Source of the DNA: a virus
Reading direction: 5' to 3' (one strand)
Length of the DNA stretch: 64,000 nucleotides
IMG/VR virus record: IMGVR_UViG_3300036715_002570
Location: 64,001 to 128,000 of that record
The position numbers and the translations under genes were made by a program. Below are positions 50,986-61,066 of this stretch, piece after piece (position 1 is the stretch's first letter; each line of letters opens with the position of its first letter). The notes under the pieces were generated by a model. That model made no database searches. It was not told the origin of the DNA and worked only from the letters and a program-made list of their open reading frames with translations.

Positions 50986-51040
50986 CCCACAATATGGGGC
51001 TTTCTACCCACAATATGGGTGTTTCCACCCACAATATGGG
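50986..51040. repeat. Three 21-bp-period repeats of CCCACAATATGGG
   Basis: Copies at 50986, 51007, 51028. Confidence 0.9.
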
Positions 51041-51382
51041 TGGTTAGCCCCCTGGGGAAAGCACCCACGATTGCCCCGTTGACCGGCAATAACCGTCGTC
51101 TTTGGGCGCTTGCCCCGTTGACCATCGTGTTCTGCCCGCTCATTACGCTCATTCTCACTTATACAGGGCGACCTCTCAAACTGTAACCAAGTCAACATGT
51201 ACAAAGAGAACCCGACTTTTCCAAATGTCAACAGGGCAACCAAAAAGTTACACGCATCTGACATTATACATCAAGCGGTGTACAATCGTCAACTGAGGGT
51301 AAAATCCCATGCCAACCACTGCGTTTTGGGTGATACTCTCGGTTGGGATGGTGCGAGTTGCCGGGGGAGAAAAACAGATAGG

Positions 51383-51438
51383 TGCTTTCGCCGTCCATCC
51401 CCCGTAGCTGCGGTTCGAATCAGTATGTGTATCATAGC
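51383..51438 (+). repeat. 56-bp direct repeat copy 1 (extended -10-like)
   Basis: Identical to 51874-51929; ends TGTGTATCATAGC. Confidence 0.9.
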
Positions 51439-51526
51439 AGGTTCGTGCGGTGGTGGTGATCGGTGGAAACCCTCACGCTGCAGTGTAGCTGATGCTGTAT
51501 CATAGAGGCTCCACAACAAGGAGCTA

Positions 51527-51817
51527 ATGATGAAGATGAAGATGAAGATGAAGATGAAGATCAAACCGGAACACTACGAGCACCTGCGTGCCGCAGCGGC
51601 GGCATACGTTGAGCAGGCTGGCCGCGCCCGCATTGCTGCTTATAAACAGCAGCTCAGCAGCGATCAGCGGGTCAAGGATGTCGACATGCGGCTCGGGTGG
51701 GATATGCTGCGCGCAACGGTGCCGTATGCATGGGTCTGCGACAACCTGTATCCGTATATCAACGACACTCACATCGACATCGCGCTGCGCGCGATCGTCG
51801 CTGAGCTGAAGCTGTAA
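51527..51817 (+). CDS. Small hypothetical protein with (AAGATG)n start repeat
   Basis: AAGGAG RBS; hairpin at 51829-51850. Confidence 0.65.
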   Translation: MMKMKMKMKMKIKPEHYEHLRAAAAAYVEQAGRARIAAYKQQLSSDQRVKDVDMRLGWDMLRATVPYAWVCDNLYPYINDTHIDIALRAIVAELKL

Positions 51818-51873
51818 CGGCAACCCCAGGGGGCGCTCGCGAGCGCCCCCGTTGCGATACTGTGACAGACGTC

Positions 51874-51929
51874 TGCTTTCGCCGTCCATCCCCCGTAGCT
51901 GCGGTTCGAATCAGTATGTGTATCATAGC
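51874..51929 (+). repeat. 56-bp direct repeat copy 2
   Basis: Identical to 51383-51438. Confidence 0.9.
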
Positions 51930-51931
51930 TG

Positions 51932-52087
51932 TGAACGGTGTTGGGGTCAAGCGGAAACAGTAAAAACACCTCACGGTTTCGCCGGGGTGGTCGGAGTTTC
52001 TGCTTGCGCCTTGCTGCAGAAGGAGGCGGCCCTGTAGTGCTGGGACTTCAAAGTGAGGTGCGGTGTTGATCTTAGGCGGTCCGTTCA
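51932..52087 (+). ncRNA. Candidate rod-shaped ncRNA
   Basis: Nested stems TGAACGG/CCGTTCA, TTGGGGTCAA/TTGATCTTAG, CACCTCAC/GTGAGGTG and further inner stems; starts just after a -10-like box. Confidence 0.5.
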
Positions 52088-52242
52088 GTTTCGTCGTATG
52101 CCGGAGCTGAGTACTATGACGGGGTGCTTGCGGATCGAATCGCATTCTCTAGCTTTATATATGACGAGTCGCTGTAAGACTGCCTATTTACCTCTGTCTG
52201 TGGTTGTTAGATACTACGGTACCGACTAAGGAGAGCTGAGAA

Positions 52243-52461
52243 ATGCAAGTCTTGAAAATTACGACCGCACCTGCGAACTGCCATACCGAGCAGATCGAGA
52301 TGGCTGAATTCACCGCTCAAGCGTGCCTGTTGGATGCGTACGGGAACGAGGCAGACGCAGAGCGCAACTGGGACAACATCGTCCATCAGGTGTTCCCCAG
52401 CTTCGTCACGTTCAGCACGATCGTCAACGACGAACGCATCACGTACATCGACAAGTTCTGA
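52243..52461 (+). CDS. Early hypothetical protein
   Basis: AAGGAG RBS, GATACT -10. Confidence 0.6.
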   Translation: MQVLKITTAPANCHTEQIEMAEFTAQACLLDAYGNEADAERNWDNIVHQVFPSFVTFSTIVNDERITYIDKF

Positions 52462-52463
52462 TC

Positions 52464-52869
52464 ATGGCTCTGATTCTGCACTCTTTTCCCGGCGATGTCA
52501 AGCTGGATGACGCCCTGGCCGCGCTGATGATCAAGAAGGCGGAGGAGTACCACTGCTGCCAGAAGCCGGTGACGCTCGTGCTCGACTACATCCACCAGAA
52601 GGAAGACGGCACTCCGCTGTTTCCTGGTGACCGTAAGAAGTGGCACCTGCGGCGACCCGCAGATCGAGCGCGGTGGCGACGTCAACCGACTGATGGTCGA
52701 GAGCTGCCGCTCGATGATGGAGGGCTTGTACGAGGGCTGGATCATCGGCTGGCTGCCGAACCGTGATGCAGCAAAAGCAAAAGCGAAGGCAGACAAGCTT
52801 GCGGAGCGGCGCCGTCAGCGGGGTCACGCTGCAATGATCACCGGCTGGTCGCTCAATCAATTCGATTGA
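52464..52869 (+). pseudogene. Early gene with apparent 1-nt frameshift near 52646
   Basis: ..KKWH continues as CGDPQIERGG.. in a shifted frame with matching codon bias. Confidence 0.5.
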
Positions 52870-52933
52870 GCTCGTTGTCTTTTACCCCAATATCAACGAT
52901 AGTAGGGGGGCATCCGTTCAAGGAGAAACCGTC

Positions 52934-53440
52934 ATGCAAGGATTCCAACGAGTCACTGACTTTAGCAAGCCGCACTACCTGACGACAAAGGACCGCGTTG
53001 TTCGCGAGTACGAAGGCAAGCCGACGGCGTTCCGCGTGCTGTTCATCCGCAAGGGGCGGGACGGCAAGGGCGAAGCGCTGCTTGGCAGGACCGTTCCCGG
53101 TCAGGCGACGAAGATCATCAAGGTGACGGTGCCGGACGTGATCGATGCGGAAGTCGCCAAGCACGTTGAGGTCTGGCGTCCGACCGGTGAATATGTGCCG
53201 CGTGTCGGTGCGACCGAATATGCGGGCGACGTCGAGCCCGCACGCAAGCGGACGAAGCCAGCGGCGGGCGAGAGCAAGATCGCCAAGTGCAAGGCGTTCT
53301 ACGCCTTGAACAAGACGCTGTCGCGTGATGCGATGCAGACCGCGTTCGTCGAGCAGTTCGGCTGCACCAAGCAGGGCGCCGTGACGTACTTCCTCACCTG
53401 CCAGCGGGAGCTTGGCGAGCTGGAGAAAGCCCCCAGTTGA
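52934..53440 (+). CDS. Early protein with C-terminal GAxTY domain
   Basis: SKIAKCKAFY..R..F...FGCTKQGAVTYF. Confidence 0.7.
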   Translation: MQGFQRVTDFSKPHYLTTKDRVVREYEGKPTAFRVLFIRKGRDGKGEALLGRTVPGQATKIIKVTVPDVIDAEVAKHVEVWRPTGEYVPRVGATEYAGDVEPARKRTKPAAGESKIAKCKAFYALNKTLSRDAMQTAFVEQFGCTKQGAVTYFLTCQRELGELEKAPS

Positions 53441-53493
53441 GGATCGCGGTGATCCAGCGGGATAGTTGGACACCAACCACGAGGAGCGTTCAC

Positions 53494-53808
53494 ATGAACA
53501 TCAACAAGAGCTACACCCGCAGCGTGATGATCGGCCTGCTGCCGAAAGACGCGAACGTTGACGATCTCGACGCGGAAGACGGGCTGCATCTGCAAGCGGA
53601 TGCGCATCAGCGACTGCTGACGGGGCTGAACCACATGGGGTTCGCACCGCTGTCGCCGTTGCACTTCACTGGTGAGATGAAGCCCGAAGTCGAAGCCGGT
53701 CGTTACGGCGACATCGTGCTGCATGCAGCGGGCGTGTTCGGCCTGCGGTTCAGCGTCGATCCGGACGACGAGCACACGTACGTGTGGATCTTCTACGACG
53801 AGCGTTGA
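53494..53808 (+). CDS. Early hypothetical protein
   Basis: GAGGAG RBS. Confidence 0.6.
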   Translation: MNINKSYTRSVMIGLLPKDANVDDLDAEDGLHLQADAHQRLLTGLNHMGFAPLSPLHFTGEMKPEVEAGRYGDIVLHAAGVFGLRFSVDPDDEHTYVWIFYDER

Positions 53809-53833
53809 CCCTAACTACGTTCGCGTGGATACT
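53805..53833 (+). promoter_or_regulatory. Sigma70-like early promoter
   Basis: TTGACC-17-GATACT. Confidence 0.65.
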
Positions 53834-54610
53834 GGACTCACCATCAACCAACGAGGAGCCTCATAGTGGCCAAGACCAACCTGTACACCGTCGACGTTTC
53901 GAAGTACAAAATCGATATCACCAAAATCGAGAAAATCGAAGATGCAGGTGATGACTTCGTCACGCGCGAAGAGCTGATGGAGCTGCTCGGCGGAGACTCG
54001 GAGCGCTTCTATTATGGCTACCCCAAGCGGGCGTGGCGGTATTCGGTGATCTCCAGTGAGGTCGCTGCATGGAAGAGCAAGATCAAGGACGGCAGCAAGT
54101 CGATCATCATCACTGATGATGATGATCGACGCGCTGCAACAAAGCTACTATTCGGTGTCGGACTACGTCCCCGGAACTCAACGCCGTGGCAACAGGCTGT
54201 TCATCCATGCTGATCCTGCAGTTCGCACCGTCGCGACCAAGAAGGACTACGGCCACCTGATCAACCGAATCCAGATGCAACTTAACAAACCGCTGAAGGG
54301 TTCGGCCTGTGTGATCGACATCAAGCACGTTTACGACGATTATGCGGGTGTTTTGCAGCTTCTGCAACGACTGATCAAGTGGGAGGAGATCGAGTGGACG
54401 TTCAACCACTACGGAACGACCATCACGACTGCTCCTGAAGAAGTCGACAGGATGAAGCAGATCTGGGACAACCCCACGATGTTCGACAAGCAGCCGACCA
54501 ACAAAGGCAGCCAATCGTGAGCCTGCCCCTGTTGTCTGTTCACCTTTTCGTTAGATACTGGCTTTGCCAGTTAGGCACCCATCCACAACCTTCACACGAG
54601 GACACATCAA

Positions 54611-55204
54611 ATGAACACGAACCAAAACGGCATGGCCGTCGCCCTGAAGTCGATCGAATCGAACGTCAACGTCGGCATGGACGAAGTCGTCTCGGTGTTC
54701 GTCTCGAAGTACGAGACCAACCTGTTCGACACGAAGGACCAACTGCAGTCGCAGATCAAGGCGGACAAGCGCGAAGCCGACGACCTCGAGAAGGGCCTGA
54801 TCGCTTCGGTCAAGCGCAGCGACTACGAAGCGACGGTGCCCCATCTCGGCCTGACGTTCACCGTCGACGGTGTGACGGTCAACTGGAGCGATGACAGCTA
54901 CCGCACGAGGGGTAAGTCGATCGTCATCGCCATCAAGATGGCCGATCGTGGCGACCGCGACAACCACTCCGCCTACACGAAGTCGATGTTCGTGCCGATC
55001 AACCAGATCGATCTCGACGAGAAGGCGCGTCTGACCGCGCTGATCGCCGATCTCGAGGGCAAGCTGCTCGAGGTGATGGGCAACATCAAGCAAGTCGGTC
55101 GCAAGGAACGGCAGATTCGCGGCAAGATCGCCGAGATGAAGCTGGGTCAGTGCGGCATGGCTGCCCTGCTGCAGAACGAAGAGCTGCTCAAGCTCGTCGG
55201 CTGA
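54611..55204 (+). CDS. Coiled-coil hypothetical protein
   Basis: GAGGA RBS, strong codon bias. Confidence 0.7.
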   Translation: MNTNQNGMAVALKSIESNVNVGMDEVVSVFVSKYETNLFDTKDQLQSQIKADKREADDLEKGLIASVKRSDYEATVPHLGLTFTVDGVTVNWSDDSYRTRGKSIVIAIKMADRGDRDNHSAYTKSMFVPINQIDLDEKARLTALIADLEGKLLEVMGNIKQVGRKERQIRGKIAEMKLGQCGMAALLQNEELLKLVG

Positions 55205-55304
55205 TCAACGGCGACGGTGTGGGGATAACTCCCCACACCAGCAGTGTTGTCAGTAACCGTGGTCTAAAGGATACTGACTTCACTGTAACGAACTGGAGAG
55301 CGAA

Positions 55305-55931
55305 GTGCTCAACGTCAACGTAGCCCTGCGGCACCTGGACATCAACCCGAACAGCGTGATGCGTGCCGTGCAAGAGGTGCGGCTCCACATCGAAGAGCGT
55401 GGGACCGAGCCGTCTGAAGCGATCAGCTTCATGCAGCGGGTGTTCGGCACGGCGCCGTCGTACGCGGAAGTTCACGAGCAGAAGATGTGCTCGCCGTTCG
55501 TCTACGCGGTCACGGTCGCGCAAGCGATGACGGAAGCTGCGATCAAGCAGCATGGGCAGATCGATAACGATACACTGCCGCTGCTGCTCGCGAACGCGAA
55601 AAAGCGGGCGGAAGGCGTGATCATGAAGCCGGAGAACCGCTGCATGTACGCTGAAGCGGAATCGGTCACGGGTGGAAACACTACGTCGGCCGCTGTTGCC
55701 AAGAGCGTCGACACCGTCGTCGAGGTCAAGGCGTCGGGCGAAATCAAGAAGGGCGGAAAGCAGATTCTGGCTGAGGCCCTGTACCGCAAGCACGTTCTCG
55801 ACACACCGTCGCCGTTGACAAACCAAGAATTCATCAAAGTGCTGATCGCAGAAGCACAAATGACGAAGGGTGGAGCAACGACGTATGCGTTCAATCTGAA
55901 GAAGAAGCTGGGCGCTCCGAAGACGGAGTGA
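55305..55931 (+). CDS. Early protein with C-terminal GAxTY domain
   Basis: GKQILAEALY..F...L....MTKGGATTYAFNLKKK. Confidence 0.7.
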   Translation: MLNVNVALRHLDINPNSVMRAVQEVRLHIEERGTEPSEAISFMQRVFGTAPSYAEVHEQKMCSPFVYAVTVAQAMTEAAIKQHGQIDNDTLPLLLANAKKRAEGVIMKPENRCMYAEAESVTGGNTTSAAVAKSVDTVVEVKASGEIKKGGKQILAEALYRKHVLDTPSPLTNQEFIKVLIAEAQMTKGGATTYAFNLKKKLGAPKTE

Positions 55932-56251
55932 CTTGTTGAACTTGGTCGGAAGGTGTTGTATCATCTTCCCACCGCAACCAAGGACCAGTATGCTGCCGAT
56001 TCCGCGAATCCAAGCGATGATCACAATCGTTGAGACGAACCAGATCATGAAGGTGGTGTTCACCAACGTGGGCAACATGATGGACGAGCTGCTGATTGCG
56101 ATCGAGCTCGCATCGATCGCTCTCGGACGCTGGATCGACCCGACCCCGTTCAATGTGCTGCGTGGTGAAGACATCTTCATCTGGTTCCTGTACGAGGGCA
56201 CCAACGAGAAGTACATGACGGTCCTGGGGCATAAGCTCAGCGACTGACTAG

Positions 56252-56280
56252 TTGACCCCAACAGGAGATCGTGGTATGAT
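56252..56280 (+). promoter_or_regulatory. Sigma70-like early promoter
   Basis: TTGACC-17-TATGAT. Confidence 0.7.
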
Positions 56281-56315
56281 CTCCTCTCCACAACCACTCC
56301 CCAAGGAGGAGCACC

Positions 56316-56885
56316 ATGAAGTACACTATCCAGATCGGCGACACCCGCCTGGTCCAAGACGACAACGGCGACGTGTTTGAGTTCACCGCGACGCGCCAAC
56401 TGTCGAGGGAAGAAGCCCAGGCGAAGATCGCCGAACGCGAGCAGGAGTTCCGTGACGAGATCGCTAGCCTGCTCAGCGGGCTCAGCGAGGTCGGCGGGCA
56501 GAGCATGGTTGTGCTCGACACTGCTGCATCCGCCATGGACGGCAGCAACGGCCACCCGCAATGCGCTGTCTGCGGCACACACCACGAGGGCGCTTTCGCC
56601 AGCCTGGACGCCGAGATCGTCACAACGTACCCGGTGACCGAGAGCGTCTGGTTCAACTACCCGAACACCGACGCGCTTGAGGACGACGTCACGCCGAAGC
56701 TGTACTTGACGGAGCGCACCACCGGCCGCGCGATCATCGAAGAAGAGCCTGAGCTGCTGGACTGCTCCGCTGAGCACGAGCACGGCGCGCTGATCCGCAA
56801 GTTTGTGTTCGAGGACGCCACGCCGGCTGAGAAGCCGGTGATGACGATCACGATCCAACCGGTGCCGTACCCGACCGTCCACTGA
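56316..56885 (+). CDS. Acidic hypothetical protein with CxxC
   Basis: AGGAGG RBS; terminator follows. Confidence 0.65.
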   Translation: MKYTIQIGDTRLVQDDNGDVFEFTATRQLSREEAQAKIAEREQEFRDEIASLLSGLSEVGGQSMVVLDTAASAMDGSNGHPQCAVCGTHHEGAFASLDAEIVTTYPVTESVWFNYPNTDALEDDVTPKLYLTERTTGRAIIEEEPELLDCSAEHEHGALIRKFVFEDATPAEKPVMTITIQPVPYPTVH

Positions 56886-57455
56886 CCACCGTCTCCTCGT
56901 TCAGAAGGGCTCTGCTAGCAACGGTAGGGCCCTTCCGCTTTTTGGTCACGAACGGGTAGTTTCACCCTGTTGATCATTACCCTCGACGGTATTAGGATAG
57001 ACCCTGTCGATTGATCAACAACGTCACCTACAGGAGATCAGACGTGAACAAGTCGCACCGTGCCAAGCATGCCCCGCAGCGCAAGAACGACGGCGGTGAT
57101 TCGCGGATGAACCGCCTGGCGAAGGCGGCCCGCAAGGGAACGCTGGCCCGCGTCCGTGAGCGCGAGGCGCAGGAGGGCTGATCACGTCACCCTGTTGATC
57201 CTAGCTCGCAATTGGGTTAGGATCAACTCAACACCTGGAGATCTGAATGGGATTACCGCTATAGGGCTTTGATGTGACATGCGCCCGCCCCGAAGTCACC
57301 CTCGGCTAGAGTTATCTGTGCTGCGGCAGCGCTCAGCAAGTGTGCTGAGACCGCCCGCGATCAGAGAATACGCATGTTAGAGGATTCCGGCGCCGGCCCG
57401 GGCCGGCGCCCCCAGCGCATTCATATCAACAATCCCACCTGGAGGATCCCAGAGC

Positions 57456-57647
57456 ATGAGCAAGAACAGCAAGAACGCCAAGCGCCACATCACTGAGAAG
57501 CAGGCGTCGACCCAGCGCCTCGCTGGCAACAAGGGCCCGTCGAAGACGGCGCCAAAGCACGGCAAGAAGAACGCGTGGTGGCAGAAGTACCTGTCGTACG
57601 CCAGCTACATCAAGGGCGGCAAGAAGGCGGCCAATCAAGACCAGTAG
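57456..57647 (+). CDS. Small basic protein
   Basis: GGAGG RBS; Lys-rich. Confidence 0.5.
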   Translation: MSKNSKNAKRHITEKQASTQRLAGNKGPSKTAPKHGKKNAWWQKYLSYASYIKGGKKAANQDQ

Positions 57648-57736
57648 GCCGCCGCGGCTGAAGCACGAAAAGGACCCATGTGGTTCTTTCGTTGTTTTTG
57701 GGGTACAATTGTTACATCTTTCAACGAGGAGCAACC

Positions 57737-58087
57737 ATGCCCACGAACAAGCTGTTTACGAACATTGACCGGAAGGTGTCCCGCGGCCGCCAGGACGTGA
57801 CGCTGTTGCAGTTCGCAACGGTCGGTGCCCACAAGGTCAGAATCGAGGTCAAGTCGGACTCTTACAAATTCCAATGCTATGCCCACTTATCGGTTCTCGA
57901 TAAGGAAAAGATGGCATGGAACCCCGTGGTGCATATCCCCCATGGTCAGATGCACACCCCTGAGGGCGTGTGCTATCAACCGGATGCCCGTGAGGTCACT
58001 GCCCACAATCAATCTACGCTTGCAGCCAAGTATTTTGGCGCCGACGTCAACGAGCTGATCCGTATCTATAAAGCGTTGATCGACTGA
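57737..58087 (+). CDS. Early hypothetical protein
   Basis: GAGGAG RBS. Confidence 0.6.
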   Translation: MPTNKLFTNIDRKVSRGRQDVTLLQFATVGAHKVRIEVKSDSYKFQCYAHLSVLDKEKMAWNPVVHIPHGQMHTPEGVCYQPDAREVTAHNQSTLAAKYFGADVNELIRIYKALID

Positions 58088-58234
58088 GTGGGTGTTTTCA
58101 CCTCGTGGTGAAAAAAGCATCATCGCCCAGTTGATTCGACCTGCGGTTTCCCTTATAGTTACTTCACTGGATCGAACAACGCAAGCAAGCGACTACGACC
58201 AGCCCTCATCCACCCTCTCCACAGGAGCTGCACC

Positions 58235-58870
58235 ATGTCCAAGAACCTCGCCCCCGCGCAACACGCCGTCGCCCTCGCCATCCTCGCCGCCGTCGGCCGC
58301 GAAGTCCTCGCCACCGAGGAAGGCAACACCCACACGCTCAAGATCACCGGCATCTCGCCCGACCAAGTCGGCTCGATGAAGGACAAGAGCAAGGCTCCGT
58401 ACGCCGTGCTGACCCGCGACGGCGAGGACGGCGGCGAGGCGATCGTCGTCGCCCTGCACCCGAAGAACGCCTCGGCCCTGCTCGAGAAGGGCGAGGACGG
58501 TATCTACAAGCTGGTCGCCGCTGAGGGCACGACCGAGGCCGTCTCGACCTCGGCCGCCGCCGAGCCGACGACCACGGAAGCGTCCGCCGAAGGCACGGCC
58601 GAGGGCAACGCCGAAGCGACCGTCGAGGCCAAGGACAACGTGCCGACCAAGAAGGAAATGGCGATCGACGCCTACATCACGTTGGCCAACGACGGCAAGA
58701 CCCGCGCCGAGATCATCAAGCACTTCGTTGACGTGATCGGCCTGTCCAAGGCGGGCGCCGCCACGTACTACCAGAACTGCCACTCGAACAAGGCGGGCTG
58801 GACCGAAGCGCTCGAGACCTCCAGCGACGCCGCGGGCACTGAGAACGATGCCGAAGCGGACGCGTCCTGA
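58235..58870 (+). CDS. Early protein with GAxTY domain after acidic linker
   Basis: TKKEMAIDAY..R.EII..F...IGLSKAGAATYYQ. Confidence 0.75.
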   Translation: MSKNLAPAQHAVALAILAAVGREVLATEEGNTHTLKITGISPDQVGSMKDKSKAPYAVLTRDGEDGGEAIVVALHPKNASALLEKGEDGIYKLVAAEGTTEAVSTSAAAEPTTTEASAEGTAEGNAEATVEAKDNVPTKKEMAIDAYITLANDGKTRAEIIKHFVDVIGLSKAGAATYYQNCHSNKAGWTEALETSSDAAGTENDAEADAS

Positions 58871-59257
58871 TCGGGCAATGGGGAGCTACGAGCTCCCCCA
58901 CTCCACCCAGAGGGTGGGTAGTCGTGAGGCTACCCACCCTTTCTCCTTTTCATGTGGGCAGATGGCGGAAAGAGCTTATCTGCAACGACGTTATTACTGA
59001 GGATTTCCCATGGACGACCCAGCTGGTCAATGTCTCCTAGACCTCTAGCAGATAAGCGACCATTGAATCAGGAGACTATCGACAGATTACCCTACTGTAT
59101 AGTCCGTTGACATTAGCTGCTTATTCTGGTTGACCGGTTGATCTCAACCCAGTTTACCCTGATAGTAGACCCCAATGCGAACGGAATTCCAGCCGGCGCA
59201 GAAACTTCAACCACAGGGCAGTTTCGCCCAGCTTTCCTTTTACAGGAGCCTTTCATC

Positions 59258-59713
59258 ATGTCGACCACCCAAGCCGTCAACCTGTCCCCCAACGCGATCA
59301 AGATCCTCGGCTACGTCAGCAAGGGCCTGAACACCCGCGAAGCGATCGCCAAGCGCATGAAGACCAGCGTGCCCGTCGTCAACGGCAGCCTGACCGTCCT
59401 GAAGCGCCAGGAGATGGTCACCGTCGACGAAGAAGGCGTGATCACCGCCGTCGAGGGCGCCGCCGTCGTCGCCGAGTCCGCCCACACGCCGCGCTCGCAG
59501 AGCAAGATGGCGCAGGCCCGCAAGCTGTACGCGAAGTACCAGCACAAGGGCCGTCAGGTCGTGCTCGACAAGCTGATCGGCATCGGCCTGACCCCGAAGG
59601 GCGCGTCGACGTACTACCAGACGCTGAAGACGCGCGCCGACGCCGAGGCTGCCGCGCCCGCCGCTCCGGTCGCCCGCAGCCGCAAGTCGCAGGCCGCTGC
59701 CACCCACGCCTGA
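59258..59713 (+). CDS. Winged-HTH-like protein with C-terminal GAxTY domain
   Basis: LS..A.KIL..T.EAIAKRM.TS..VV..SL..L...MV; SKMAQARKLY..GLTPKGASTYYQ. Confidence 0.75.
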   Translation: MSTTQAVNLSPNAIKILGYVSKGLNTREAIAKRMKTSVPVVNGSLTVLKRQEMVTVDEEGVITAVEGAAVVAESAHTPRSQSKMAQARKLYAKYQHKGRQVVLDKLIGIGLTPKGASTYYQTLKTRADAEAAAPAAPVARSRKSQAAATHA

Positions 59714-59863
59714 TCGGGGCGATCTGGGTGCCGCTCTGAGGGCGGCCTCCACTGTTCACTAGTAAACATCTGGTGTAATAGTGGTGGCCGCCCTCTCCGT
59801 TTGCACTGTTGACTAATTAGGGTGAAGGCAGTATCCTGCATCACCACTTCGAGGAGTCAACTG

Positions 59864-60181
59864 ATGCCCAAGAAATTGACCGATGCGGACCGCGTCCGTG
59901 CTGCGATGAAGGCGGCGGGGTTCAAGACGAAAACCCGCGTCGGCGACGTTGCTCTGAAGCGCAACGTCAATGTGTCCGACCGCTCGTGCAACCCGTACAT
60001 CCAGCTGACGCTGCCGCTCGCCGCCGACATCAACAAGGCGCCGCTGGAGCAGCAACATAAGCTCCATGACGAGCTGGTCAAGCAGTTCGGTGATCGGTAC
60101 GCGTTCGGGATGTTCCGCCGTCCGCACCCGCGTCTGTCGACGTACCTGCAGTTCTACGTCACGCGGGAGAAGAAGCAATGA
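59864..60181 (+). CDS. Early hypothetical protein
   Basis: GAGGAG RBS, promoter upstream. Confidence 0.6.
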   Translation: MPKKLTDADRVRAAMKAAGFKTKTRVGDVALKRNVNVSDRSCNPYIQLTLPLAADINKAPLEQQHKLHDELVKQFGDRYAFGMFRRPHPRLSTYLQFYVTREKKQ

Positions 60182-60544
60182 TGTACCAGCACCTGCCCGA
60201 GCGTGTGACGGAGACGGTTCAGCGCCACCCGCAACGTCCGCAGACTCCGACGCAATGGCCTCTCGGCCTGCCCGTCTCTCCTCCTTCGAACAGCAAGGAC
60301 AAGCCTCGTTGGTGAGCGCGCTGCCCACTTGAGGTACGAAGGCTGGTGTGCAAATGTCACCCAGCCTTCTTAAAAAAGTCAACGGCGAAAAACAAACAGG
60401 CGCTCTCGCCGTCCACCCACAGGATGCCTGTTCGACCGCATACCCATTATCACCGCACACTAGAGAAAAGGCAAGCCCCTCCTTAACGGTTGCCAAGTTA
60501 CCCGTGCGGAAGGATACTAAGGCATCGCAATTGAGGAGCCCGCA

Positions 60545-61066
60545 ATGGCCCGCACGCCCAAGCCGCAACCGCTCGTGACCAAGGAAACGCTGCAGCAGAT
60601 GATCCAGCTTGCAGCCAACCGCGCCGAGCAGAAGAAGATCGTTGGCCGCGCGCTCGTCGCGCTGTACCAACGTCAGACGCCGTCGGAACAGTCGTCTGAA
60701 ACGACGAAGGACAGCAACTCGATCGGGTTCTCCAGTGCCGATGCCGACGTCGGCTCCCGCTGCGCGAAGTACTTCCTGCAGCACCAGACGCTGCTCGACT
60801 GGATGTACGGCGTCTGGATGCAAGCCGGTAAGGGCGGCTATCCGCGTATCTGCCGGTACAGCCGCCAGCTGAACGAGATCGCTGAAGAGAAGGCGGCTCG
60901 CAAGCGTACGCTGATGCAGCGCCGCCTGGAGGAGCTGAAGGTGACCTATGGTGAGTGCGTCGACAGCGACGATCCGTCGATCCTCCAGCCGATCGTTGAC
61001 GAAATGCGCTCGCTCGAAGATCGACTGGGTGTTTCGCCCTACATCATCATTGGTGCTGTTGTCTAA
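60545..61066 (+). CDS. Early hypothetical protein
   Basis: GAGGAG RBS, GATACT -10. Confidence 0.65.
   Translation: MARTPKPQPLVTKETLQQMIQLAANRAEQKKIVGRALVALYQRQTPSEQSSETTKDSNSIGFSSADADVGSRCAKYFLQHQTLLDWMYGVWMQAGKGGYPRICRYSRQLNEIAEEKAARKRTLMQRRLEELKVTYGECVDSDDPSILQPIVDEMRSLEDRLGVSPYIIIGAVV

Noticed and set aside
51383-51438. tRNA or attachment site suggested by GGTTCGAATC in the 56-bp repeat
   Set aside because: No T stem, acceptor stem or cloverleaf can be built; no integrase seen
50358-51929. CRISPR array
   Set aside because: Only 2-3 copies per repeat, no regular unique spacers, no cas genes in the window
53866-54520. Programmed frameshift joining 53866..54213 and 54056..54520
   Set aside because: No slippery site identified; equally explained by two overlapping genes with a start near 54116
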